A stretch of 64,000 nucleotides of DNA from an uncultured Caldithrix sp. (GTDB taxonomy: Bacteria; Electryoneota; AABM5-125-24; Hatepunaeales; Hatepunaeaceae). Positions within the stretch are counted from its first letter, which is position 1. Each line of letters opens with the position of its first letter. Position numbers and translations under genes: made by a program. Where the stretch lies: positions 131,924 through 195,923 of the forward strand of contig CAYHEC010000004.1 in the NCBI GenBank assembly GCA_964355675.1, given 5' to 3'. The notes beneath the pieces are model-generated. The model saw nothing but the letters and a program-made list of their open reading frames with translations. It searched no databases and was not told the origin of the DNA. Shown piece by piece: positions 10,855 to 20,011 of the stretch.

Positions 10855-11876
10855 CGATCCCCATACTGTGTTTGGTAATATGTGCGATAGGCTCCGCTCG
10901 TCACCTGTTCAACCCAAACACGATTATTCATATACCACTCAACAGTCAATCGACTTCCCTCCTCAAAATCATAAAGTGGTTTCCACCCTAATTCACGCTC
11001 AGCCTTGCTCCAGTCCATTGCATACCGGCGATCATGGCCAGGACGGTCCTTTACGAAGGTTATGAGGCTCTCCGGCTTGCCGAGTAAGGTCAATAAATGC
11101 TTGATGAGTGAGAGGTTCGGTAATTCATGCTTCCCGCCAAGATTATAAACCTCCCCTGGTCGTCCATTTTCGATTATATTGATTAATCCATAATTATGAT
11201 CATCAACGAAAATCCAATCCCTGACTTGCATGCCATCTCCGTAAACCGGAATGGGAATGTCATTAAGCGCATTCGATATCAGAAGAGGAATCAGTTTCTC
11301 GGGAAATTGATAGGGCCCATAATTATTCGAACAACGTGAAATCATGACTGGCAAACCGTAAGTCTTGAAATAAGCGCGTGCTAAAAGATCCGCGCCTGCC
11401 TTAGATGCCGCATAAGGACTATTCGGTTTCAGGTAGTGATCTTCAGTAAAGGCGTGATCGTCGGGTTGCAGACTGCCATAGACCTCATCTGTCGAGACCT
11501 GAAGAAATCTCGCAACGCCAAGATTTCGCGCCGCATCGAGCATCACTTGAGTGCCGAGAGTATTCGTCTTTAAGAAGGGAGTTGCATCAAGAATTGATCG
11601 ATCTACGTGCGATTCTGCCGCAAGATGCATGACGCCCCAACAACCATTCATCGCCTTCGTGACAGAAGTCGGATCACAAACATCTCCTCTGATAAAATTA
11701 TAGCGAGAATTTGTTTCAAGATCTGCGAGTGAAGAAAGGTTGCCTGCATAGGTAAGAAGATCGTAGTTTACGACTTCCCAATGCGGACGTTCCTTTAGTA
11801 TCAGTCGGATCAAATTTGAACCGATGAACCCCGCACCCCCGGTTATTAAAACCCTTCGATTATTGCTTTCGTTCAC
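10851..11876 (-). CDS. rfbB: dTDP-glucose 4,6-dehydratase
   Basis: 341 aa showing VLITGGAGFIGSNLIRLIL, the YAASKAGADLLARAY catalytic YxxxK, and the extended-SDR RfbB pattern. Confidence 0.92.
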   Translation of the reverse strand: MNESNNRRVLITGGAGFIGSNLIRLILKERPHWEVVNYDLLTYAGNLSSLADLETNSRYNFIRGDVCDPTSVTKAMNGCWGVMHLAAESHVDRSILDATPFLKTNTLGTQVMLDAARNLGVARFLQVSTDEVYGSLQPDDHAFTEDHYLKPNSPYAASKAGADLLARAYFKTYGLPVMISRCSNNYGPYQFPEKLIPLLISNALNDIPIPVYGDGMQVRDWIFVDDHNYGLINIIENGRPGEVYNLGGKHELPNLSLIKHLLTLLGKPESLITFVKDRPGHDRRYAMDWSKAERELGWKPLYDFEEGSRLTVEWYMNNRVWVEQVTSGAYRTYYQTQYGDR

Positions 11877-12008
11877 GATTAAGGTTCTATCCTTCCACTT
11901 TTAGATGCATCTGTGATCTGCGTACCAAACAAGTTAATTTACCCTTTTGGTGGTTACAAAGTCAATTGCTTTCGCACCAATGTACCTTTATGATTATTTG
12001 AACACGCA

Positions 12009-13490
12009 TTAATGAGGCGATGGAAGCACAAGCGTACGAAGTTCCGTCATCTCTTCGATAGCATACTTAACACCTTCTCGTCCAAATCCCGACTCCTTTA
12101 CACCGCCGTAAGGATAGTTGTCGGCTCGAAACGTCGGTATATCGCCAATAATTACGCCCCCCACCTCCAATCGGTTGAAGGCGTTCATTGCTTGATTCAG
12201 GTCATTTGTGAAAATGCCCGTCTGTAATCCGTATTGCTGTGAATTTACCCAATCCACCGCTTCCTCAAATTTAGAGTAGCTCCTGAGCACAGTTACCGGT
12301 CCGAAAACTTCGTCTCGGCTGATACGGCACGAATCAGGGACGTCGATCATGATGGTCGGCGTGACCTTGTTACCGTTTCGGTAACCGCCTGTTAGTATTT
12401 TTCCATCCGCCTTGACGGCTTCGCTGATCCATTCCTCAATACGAATCGCTTCGTCAAGATCGATCATCGATGCAATTTCGGTTGAATCATCGATAGGATC
12501 ACCCATCTTAAGACTTGCAACAAGTTGGACATATCTTTCTTTGAATGCCTCGAAGACGTCCTCCTGAACTAGGACGTGCTGTATAGAGATGCAGATTTGG
12601 CCGGAATAGGCATATCCTCCCACGACAATCCTCTTAACCGCGGCTTCCAAATCAGTGGTTGGTTCCACAATAACGACTGCATTGCCGCCAAGTTCAAGAC
12701 AGACGCGCTTTTTCACCGCGCGCTGTTTTATTCCCCACCCGACTGCTCCCGAGCCAGTAAAGGTTATCAACTTGACGCGCGGATCTTCGATCAGAGGCAC
12801 CGCCAGTCGTGATTCACACGGAAGTATGTTGCAGGCTCCCTCGGGAAGACCTGCTTCGAGAAGAAGATTGCCCAACATCAGCGCGGTCATCGGCGTAGAA
12901 GAAGCAGGTTTGAGATTTATAGCGCACGCAGAAGCAATCGCCGGAGCGACCTTATGCGCCACAAGATTCAACGGAAAATTAAATGGAGATATACCAGTCA
13001 CAAGACCCACCGGAAATCGGCTGACCAGAGCAATCCGGTCACCAGCGGCAGGAGTCACATCGACAGGCAGAATATGACCTTCCAATTGTCGGACGGATTC
13101 GGCGGCGAGACGGAAAGTTGACTCGGCACGAATGGCTTCAGCTCGAGCTTCGCGGATAGGTTTACCGCTCTCGAGGGTGATAGTTCGTGCAAGTACTTCC
13201 TTGCGGGAAGCAATTAAATCGGCGGCTTTATGAAGGATGTCAGCCCTCTGATAAGCACGAAGATTTCGCATTGTCGCCGATGCCCTCGCGCCGAGGCTGA
13301 GAGACTCTGAAATCTGCTCACTTCCAGCGAAGCAGACCTCGCCAACCTCTTCCCCGCTCCAAGGACTGCAAATGGTCTTGGTTTGGTTAGTCTCGACCTG
13401 TTTGCCGTTCAAAATGATACGATGAGGATTCATGCGCTTTTCAGATAATATTATTCTAATGGTGTGCTGTCGCGTGCCCTCACTTGACAA
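12009..13490 (-). CDS. NAD(P)-dependent aldehyde dehydrogenase family protein
   Basis: 493 aa showing ELGGNAVVIVEPTTDLE (catalytic Glu) and SGQICISIQHVLV (catalytic Cys). Confidence 0.85.
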   Translation of the reverse strand: MSSEGTRQHTIRIILSEKRMNPHRIILNGKQVETNQTKTICSPWSGEEVGEVCFAGSEQISESLSLGARASATMRNLRAYQRADILHKAADLIASRKEVLARTITLESGKPIREARAEAIRAESTFRLAAESVRQLEGHILPVDVTPAAGDRIALVSRFPVGLVTGISPFNFPLNLVAHKVAPAIASACAINLKPASSTPMTALMLGNLLLEAGLPEGACNILPCESRLAVPLIEDPRVKLITFTGSGAVGWGIKQRAVKKRVCLELGGNAVVIVEPTTDLEAAVKRIVVGGYAYSGQICISIQHVLVQEDVFEAFKERYVQLVASLKMGDPIDDSTEIASMIDLDEAIRIEEWISEAVKADGKILTGGYRNGNKVTPTIMIDVPDSCRISRDEVFGPVTVLRSYSKFEEAVDWVNSQQYGLQTGIFTNDLNQAMNAFNRLEVGGVIIGDIPTFRADNYPYGGVKESGFGREGVKYAIEEMTELRTLVLPSPH

Positions 13491-13500
13491 CTATTAATAA

Positions 13501-13632
13501 AGGTCTGCTGAAAAACTCCTGTGGAGTTCAGGCGGACGCCCTCGTCCGCCCTTTCACTGTGCTTAGGAACAACGGCGGACGAGGGCGTCCGCCTGAACAT
13601 TTCGGTTCATTTTCAACTTTTTCAGCAGACCC
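13501..13632. repeat. compound palindrome: outer arms ggtctgctgaaaaa/tttttcagcagacc enclose two inverted copies of the hairpin ggcggacg-NNNNN-cgtccgcc
   Basis: Read directly from the sequence. It lies in the intergenic region 3' of the 1948-aa gene and 5' of the aldehyde dehydrogenase. Confidence 0.8.
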
Positions 13633-13656
13633 TAATTTAGTCAAGTAATGGTAATT

Positions 13657-13741
13657 CTTGGAGAGCGGCTTTTCAAGCCGCTCTTGCCCACACGTTTTGG
13701 GCTTTCAAGCCTATTAGAGCGGCTTGAAAAGCCGCTCTCCA
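13657..13741. repeat. pair of inverted hairpins agagcggcttttcaagccgctct / agagcggcttgaaaagccgctct; the same element recurs at 60755-60785
   Basis: Read directly from the sequence. The core cttggagagYggcttttcaagScgctct is shared between the two loci. Confidence 0.8.
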
Positions 13742-13819
13742 AGTGAATTTCACTATAATATGCCCACATACTTAATGGTAACTCCTGCCAATTCGAATTG
13801 TTCCTTATCAAAGAAAGAC

Positions 13820-13862
13820 CCCCCGACCGACTTCAGCGCCGGCCGGGGGGCTTTTGCAATCA
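13820..13862 (-). terminator. rho-independent terminator candidate for the 1948-aa T9SS gene
   Basis: A GC stem ccccccgaccg…cggccgggggg is followed on the minus strand by tctttctttg, 15 nt 3' of the stop. Confidence 0.55.
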
Positions 13863-13876
13863 GGAAGATCGGTGAA

Positions 13877-16800
13877 CTACCGAACCAGAATTGCTTTCTG
13901 CATTCCGACAAACGACCCGGACTGCATCTTGATCAGATAGATACCTGAGGTCATGCCCTCCGCCATCCAGTTCAGCTCGTACTGGCCGGCCTGATGATAA
14001 CCTGCGGCGAGCTCTGCTACCATGCGGCCATGCATATCCCAGACACTCACTTGGACGTCTCCCGGAGTCGGCAGACCAATCCGGAGGGTCGTGCGGTTAT
14101 TGAACGGATTCGGGTAACTATTTGAGATAAAGTAGTCCTGCGGCATCTCTGCATGTGGAATCTCAGTTATCTCAAGCGCTTTGGCAGTGAACGCAAAATT
14201 GTTATTTGCGGCCGGGACGTTGCGTTGGTTCTGTTGCGGCACAAGCATCCCACGATCGACCGCAATCACTTTCCAGTTGACAGTTATATCGCGATCTCTA
14301 AGAATACCTCCAAAGAGGCTGTCATAAGGAGGAGTGTAACTCGTCATCGACAGAGTGTCGAACTTCAGCGTGTCATCGATGCCGGGAATCCAAGCACGGA
14401 AATAATATCTAACCGAGTCGATTTCCCAAGGATTCTGGATTGCTTGCTCCCAAGAGAAATTGAATGGTCCAAGAGAATCAGCATTTTCGAAGTTGTGGTT
14501 GTTTTCAGGAGTAAGCAACCTGAAAGCCCCACCACCACCGGCACGTGCATCCGGTAAATCGTTGACGTCCGGCGTTATCGTAATGGTGAAGAACGACGTG
14601 TCGAAATCGCCTGCTCGGTCAGTGGCGATAACAACTACGGTATCTGAACTCATTCGACGGTTTTCGAGATCGTATGTGTTGTAGTTCGGAGCAAATTGGC
14701 GACTCAGCGTGCTGGTCTGGGCATTGACCACAAGACCAAGCTCCTCAGCGCCACGGACGGTAAAGACAAGTGCATCACCGACATCAACATCTCTGAACTT
14801 GAGGCTCAGGCGGATGATATCTCTTCGGTTGGGGTCAACATCTTCGACGATGAGAGGGTTAACGCCAAGGTTTGGTATGAGAGGCATAATGAATGTCGGC
14901 CTGTCGTTGACGGACGCTACTGTTACGTGGATCGTATGACGAACCTCGTTTGGCGCTTGGGCGCGGTCACGGCAGTACACAATCACATCATATTCCCCAA
15001 AGGTATTAACGCGTGGCTGGACACTGACTTCTGTCGTCTGGACATTGTATTGCACCTGCAAATCTGCTGGCAAGGGAGCCACGACGCCAAAGTTGAGCTG
15101 GTCACCTTGATCGGGATCGATCCAGTGGTTGTCGTTCAACGTAGCAATGACTGTTCGCGCCGCATCTTCTTGCAAGTTAGCATCGGGAATAGGATGTGGC
15201 TCAGCGAGTTGCTGATTGTCATCAAGATAGACTGGCGGATCATTGATGTTGCGAACATTGATGGTCAGGGCAAGATTGTCTTGTCCGCCATCGGCGTCCG
15301 TCATCCGAACAACAGTATTATACTGCCCAATGTCCGCGGCGACTGGTTGCCAGGCAAGATGAGCCGTGCCATCGCGGTTGTCGGTAAATTGAGCCGCATC
15401 GGGAAGCCCTCCACGATCGGGCATGGTCCAGACAATTGCCTGCCCCTGACTTTCAATATCAGTACCATTGAATACCAAATCGGCGTTCTGGCGCTCATCG
15501 ATATTCCAAACGAATGCGTCGTTTCGTGTCGGTTCGGTAATTCCGGGCAGATCGTTGACTGAGTTAAAGTGAACCGTGAAAGCATAATCCACGAATAAGT
15601 CGCGCACCGGCACTCCGGCGGGGTCGGACGCATCCGCATCGATGATACTTGCTCCATCAACGCCGCGTAAGTCTCTTCCCGGCATTCCTCCTTGCTGGTC
15701 ATCAGCGCGAATGACAACGGCGACGTCGCCAAAGAAGTTTGGCGGGGGACCTAACTCGAATACCTGAACTCCGCCGAACAATACTGTTCTGTTGAACATA
15801 TTGGGATTGACGGAGACCGGACGGAACAACATTGGGTTTCCGTCAGGATCGTTGAACATGACGTTAAGATTCTCCACCACTGTAAATCGAGGCGGATTGT
15901 CACGCATCTGCGGATCCTCGTCGAAGGTCACCACGTCATTCTGAAATGGGTTGGCGACGATGGGTCGTTGATTGACGTTGCTTAGTGTCACCATGACGGT
16001 CACAATATCAGTGATATTGCCGTAAGTAGCTTGGAAACGCAGTGCGTAAGGGCGATTTCTAAATGCGTTGAAATTGGTCTCCCAACGGAAATCGGCAGTA
16101 TTGTCATTGTTGTCGGTGAAGGTAACGTTACCGGCATTTTGAGCGATTGTATCGCGGTCATTAAAGGTGAAGCGCATGACGTCAGGAGGATTAGCGACGG
16201 TGAAATGAATATTGACAACTTCACCTTCACGGAGGTTAACTGCAGGAGGATTGGGGATTACAGCAACGACGCCCTCAATCGAAATATTGACAACCGTGAA
16301 GCCATCAGCCGTCCAGATCAAATCTCCCTGAACCACCTCAGGCTCAATATTGTCATACTCATGGTTCTGGCTGAAATCCCAGACCTTGAGCGTCATCGTC
16401 TCGTCTTGGGCAAAACCTTCGACACAGAAACGAGTGTCGGGATCATCATGCCAGGCGGCGATACCACAGACTCCCGGATCCTCGACTGTTCCAACGCCAG
16501 CGCAAAGCCCGGCTTCGGTAAAGACGCCAACCTGATCCCCGATAGAGGCTGGTGCGCCACCCATCAGGAACTCTTCGACAAGAATGCTGTGGTTTCGATC
16601 TGAAACCATGTAATCAAAATGTCCGCGTTCATCGGAGCCCATTCCGTTAGGACGGAAGGTGAATTGTTCCTGCCCCGGAGCGTCGTTGAAGACCGTCAGA
16701 ACGCCCTCGTACGGAGCTACAGATGTCGGACGGAACGTGACGGTCACATCGATGGATTCACCAGCATGAAGTACGGTCGCCTGATTGTTGAAGTCGTGGG

Positions 16801-19723
16801 TGAACACGTTCATGTTCGAGGCGATCCGTGATACTGTAAGATCGACTCCACCAACGTTCTGAATATGGAAAACGTGCGACGCGTTGGTATTGAGGCGAAC
16901 GGCTCCGAACTGGAAGATCGCGGGATCGACGCCGATTTGCGCTATATCGACCTCGCTGTTGCAACTAATGTCGAGTTCGGTAACAGCCTGTGTTTGGTAA
17001 TTCTGCGGTCCGTCGAGATAAGTCGGTTCGCCAGCAAGTTCCTGACGCGTAGCACGATCCCAGACAAGGAAAGTGAAAGCTTCGCCGTTGGTGAAGCCAT
17101 CCACGACTTCCGTGCCCCGGTCATCGCCCCAAGCGGCAAGACCAATAACCTCGCCTTGTTCTTCGATGACAGTGTGTCCAGCACAAAGTCCATTGGTGGT
17201 AAATATCGCGATTTCACTACCGGGCACAAGCGGCGCCTCTCTGTCTCCGGGCATATGGATAATCGCATGGTCAATCAGAATTGAGTGATTGCCATCGGTT
17301 ACGCGATGATGGAAATGTGACGCCTCATTGACGGCGTCGCCTTCAGCATGGAACCTGATGACGCCATTGTTGGGATCATCTGAAGTAATGACGATATTCG
17401 CCTCAAATGATCCTGCCTGAGCGGATCTGAAATTGACTGTCAGATCAAAAAACTCATTCGCTGGTACGTTACGTGGATTCCCGGGCCAGTTGGTTGTAAA
17501 TGTATTAGAACCTTCGATGGCGATATTCTCAAGTCTCATGAGACCACCGCCGATATTCTGAATTCTTAGGGTGTAGGTTCCTTGCGTGTTGATCAGAAGC
17601 GTGCCGAAGAAATGGTTCGGTTCAGCGAGGTGAATTTCTGGTTCGCGGCGTACATCGACTCCGAAACCGTTCATGTCCACATAGAGTACTGAATCAACTG
17701 GATCATCTGAGGTAATCGTCAGTCGTCCATTGTACTCAACATCCTGTTCTTCCGGGCTGAATGTTACGGTAATGTCGCGTGATTCACCGAGGGCAAGCTC
17801 GAATTGACCATCGAAATCAGTCGTGAAGGAATTGAGGTCGGGGTCGATACCCAACACATTCAAAGCGCCGCGCCCTTGATTGGTAACTGTCAGAATCCAA
17901 TCCTCCCCTTCACCTACAGGAACCTGTCCATAGAAGTGATCGGTCTCGCTGAGCGAAATATCCGGCAGAGGATCTCCGACGTTGGCAGAAAGAGAGAGAA
18001 TCGTCAAAGCGTCACTGCTGTAACCTTCCGGACCTTCCGTGTATTCAGGCGCACCCCAAGCTTCGACACGGGTATTGACATCCCAGACCTTAAAGGAGAA
18101 TGGTTCATCAGCGGTGAAACCGTCGATGATGTCGGTCGATTCGTCGTCGCCATAAGCGGCGATTCCGACCTGTCCGTCACGGGCAACAACACCTGCACCG
18201 GCACAAAGCCCTGATTCGGTAAAGACCGCGACTTCGCCGCCTTCAGCCATTTGAGCGCCCTCGAACAGACTTGCGGTGATCAGAATCGTGTGATTAATGC
18301 CAGTATTGTAGGTTTGAAAATGGACGGCATTGGCGGCTACGCCCACGCCCGATACCGGAATTGAGAGTTCACCATTTTCTTCATCGTTGCTGAAAACCGT
18401 CAAAGAGCCCTCATAGAAGGCCGCACCACCAGGGTTAAATGAAGTATTGATATGGAGAAAATCTCCGGAACGAAGGCGAATGGCGTCGTTCCCGAATTCG
18501 ACGCTGAATGCGTCATCACTGCTCTGGGCGCCGGTAACGAGCAGGTCACTGCCACCTTCGTTGATGACAACCATACGCCATGAGGCGCTCTGCCCGGCGA
18601 CAACGGCTCCGTAAAAGTGCTCGCTCGCCGTAATAACGGCTACAGCGGCCTGTCCCTCTGCCATACCTTCGCCATAAAGCGGCAGGTTGACAACTTCATT
18701 ATCAGGATCGTTAGAAGTGATGGCGAGGTTAGTCTCGTATGCTCTTCCCTCACTGGGATTGAAGGTGATGACCGCTTCATACCGCGCTCCACCTGCTATC
18801 TCGATATGAGGATCGAAGTCATAAGAAAAGGCCTCATCTCCGGTCGTCATGTCAGAAATTTCCAATGGGAGATCGCCTTCATTTGAGATGAAGACCGTCA
18901 TATTGCGAGATTGTCCCACCATGACGCGCCCAAATCGTCGTTCGTTAGCGGAGAGGGCGATATTTGGCGCGAGCGGTTGTTCACCTGTTGCGGTTAGATG
19001 AATGGCAACTTCAGACTGGCCGGTAGCATTGGATCTTATTGTCAGATCCCCAGCGAAATCACCGGCGGCGTCCGGAGTGAAAGTTACCTCGACAGCAAGA
19101 TTTTCACCAGCCGCGATATCGACCGCATTTTGGAAATCGGTGGTAAAAGCCTCATTAGTGCTCTGAATGCTCGCAACCGTAAGAGGTGAATTTCCAACAC
19201 TCTCTATCGCAAATTGCCAAACTCCCACACGTCCGACTCTGACCGCGCCAAAGTCATGGGCGTTTTCAGCGACCCGTATTCTTGGAATCGCTTCACGATT
19301 AGCGGCTATATTGCAAACATTGAAATCATCGCGATGATAGACCCCTTCGCCGAATGTTACTTCTCTTTCGGCGTCCCACTCCTCTTCAGCCTGATGATCC
19401 CAAACTTTAAAAGAGTATTCTTCACCATCGACAAATCCGTTAAATCCTTGTACGTCACGATCATCTCCCCACGCGGCGATACCAATGGGAAATCCGTCAT
19501 CGGTAATCTTTGTGGCTCCGGCAAGAACCCCGTCTGGAGTGAAGCAACCTATTTCGTCGTCTGGAACAAGGGATTCACCATCCAATGTTCCTTCTTCGAC
19601 AAGGATGCTCATGTTTGCATCGTTGACCGGTGGATCATAAAAATCCGCCAATACGACGGGCGCCGAGGCCAGGAATGTGACCAGCAGCAGTAGCAACGGA
19701 ATTGAGTTTCTAAAGCGATTCAT
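13877..19723 (-). CDS. giant T9SS-secreted adhesin-like protein with four copies of the unassigned ~115-aa module
   Basis: 1948 aa with a signal peptide (MNRFRNSIPLLLLLVTFLASAPVVLA). The unassigned module sits at aa ~27-140, 466-580, 801-921 and 1033-1150. Copies are interleaved with choice-of-anchor-D/ASH-type Ig-like domains (FGxVxVG…L.V/I…F…F.P…G.F.G.L.I.SND). About five cadherin-like repeats with VNDxP boundaries cover aa ~1150-1860. The C-terminal T9SS sorting domain reads YPNPFNNRTTLRIGLP…GIYLIKMQSG…KAILVR. Confidence 0.85.
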   Translation of the reverse strand: MNRFRNSIPLLLLLVTFLASAPVVLADFYDPPVNDANMSILVEEGTLDGESLVPDDEIGCFTPDGVLAGATKITDDGFPIGIAAWGDDRDVQGFNGFVDGEEYSFKVWDHQAEEEWDAEREVTFGEGVYHRDDFNVCNIAANREAIPRIRVAENAHDFGAVRVGRVGVWQFAIESVGNSPLTVASIQSTNEAFTTDFQNAVDIAAGENLAVEVTFTPDAAGDFAGDLTIRSNATGQSEVAIHLTATGEQPLAPNIALSANERRFGRVMVGQSRNMTVFISNEGDLPLEISDMTTGDEAFSYDFDPHIEIAGGARYEAVITFNPSEGRAYETNLAITSNDPDNEVVNLPLYGEGMAEGQAAVAVITASEHFYGAVVAGQSASWRMVVINEGGSDLLVTGAQSSDDAFSVEFGNDAIRLRSGDFLHINTSFNPGGAAFYEGSLTVFSNDEENGELSIPVSGVGVAANAVHFQTYNTGINHTILITASLFEGAQMAEGGEVAVFTESGLCAGAGVVARDGQVGIAAYGDDESTDIIDGFTADEPFSFKVWDVNTRVEAWGAPEYTEGPEGYSSDALTILSLSANVGDPLPDISLSETDHFYGQVPVGEGEDWILTVTNQGRGALNVLGIDPDLNSFTTDFDGQFELALGESRDITVTFSPEEQDVEYNGRLTITSDDPVDSVLYVDMNGFGVDVRREPEIHLAEPNHFFGTLLINTQGTYTLRIQNIGGGLMRLENIAIEGSNTFTTNWPGNPRNVPANEFFDLTVNFRSAQAGSFEANIVITSDDPNNGVIRFHAEGDAVNEASHFHHRVTDGNHSILIDHAIIHMPGDREAPLVPGSEIAIFTTNGLCAGHTVIEEQGEVIGLAAWGDDRGTEVVDGFTNGEAFTFLVWDRATRQELAGEPTYLDGPQNYQTQAVTELDISCNSEVDIAQIGVDPAIFQFGAVRLNTNASHVFHIQNVGGVDLTVSRIASNMNVFTHDFNNQATVLHAGESIDVTVTFRPTSVAPYEGVLTVFNDAPGQEQFTFRPNGMGSDERGHFDYMVSDRNHSILVEEFLMGGAPASIGDQVGVFTEAGLCAGVGTVEDPGVCGIAAWHDDPDTRFCVEGFAQDETMTLKVWDFSQNHEYDNIEPEVVQGDLIWTADGFTVVNISIEGVVAVIPNPPAVNLREGEVVNIHFTVANPPDVMRFTFNDRDTIAQNAGNVTFTDNNDNTADFRWETNFNAFRNRPYALRFQATYGNITDIVTVMVTLSNVNQRPIVANPFQNDVVTFDEDPQMRDNPPRFTVVENLNVMFNDPDGNPMLFRPVSVNPNMFNRTVLFGGVQVFELGPPPNFFGDVAVVIRADDQQGGMPGRDLRGVDGASIIDADASDPAGVPVRDLFVDYAFTVHFNSVNDLPGITEPTRNDAFVWNIDERQNADLVFNGTDIESQGQAIVWTMPDRGGLPDAAQFTDNRDGTAHLAWQPVAADIGQYNTVVRMTDADGGQDNLALTINVRNINDPPVYLDDNQQLAEPHPIPDANLQEDAARTVIATLNDNHWIDPDQGDQLNFGVVAPLPADLQVQYNVQTTEVSVQPRVNTFGEYDVIVYCRDRAQAPNEVRHTIHVTVASVNDRPTFIMPLIPNLGVNPLIVEDVDPNRRDIIRLSLKFRDVDVGDALVFTVRGAEELGLVVNAQTSTLSRQFAPNYNTYDLENRRMSSDTVVVIATDRAGDFDTSFFTITITPDVNDLPDARAGGGGAFRLLTPENNHNFENADSLGPFNFSWEQAIQNPWEIDSVRYYFRAWIPGIDDTLKFDTLSMTSYTPPYDSLFGGILRDRDITVNWKVIAVDRGMLVPQQNQRNVPAANNNFAFTAKALEITEIPHAEMPQDYFISNSYPNPFNNRTTLRIGLPTPGDVQVSVWDMHGRMVAELAAGYHQAGQYELNWMAEGMTSGIYLIKMQSGSFVGMQKAILVR

Positions 19724-20011
19724 CTGCCCTCCCTAACTTTACGGCAACGTTTGAGCGCCAATACGCCATTTCTTTTCCTCAAGTCAACAAGTGGCAAATA
19801 CGCCACTTAGGTGTGTAACAGGTAATATTCCCGTCATTCAAGTAGAATTAGTATCAAAACTACTTTCGACGAGAAGGACTTAAGCCTGATTAAAATACGG
19901 CGAAAGGTGATAATTGTCAAGCAATTTTCATCTTTCTACCCCTTATTTCTTATGTCAAGATAAAGATGTATGCTATCACATCTCTTGACGAATGTCACTA
20001 AGGGACAATTT

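Noticed and set aside
11877-12008. Promoter call upstream of rfbB (head of EPS operon)
   Set aside because: It is a plausible location, but I could not identify a convincing -33/-7 (TTG … TAnnTTTG) FCB-type or -35/-10 motif by eye, so no feature is asserted.
14696-15562. 288-aa plus-strand ORF, and many other 60-230-aa plus-strand ORFs (e.g. 16031-16603, 30303-30983, 31992-32582, 34159-34626)
   Set aside because: All lie antisense inside the giant minus-strand adhesin genes. Their low-complexity, Ser/Thr/Arg-rich translations have no recognisable motifs, which is typical of shadow ORFs on the opposite strand of GC-rich repetitive coding sequence.
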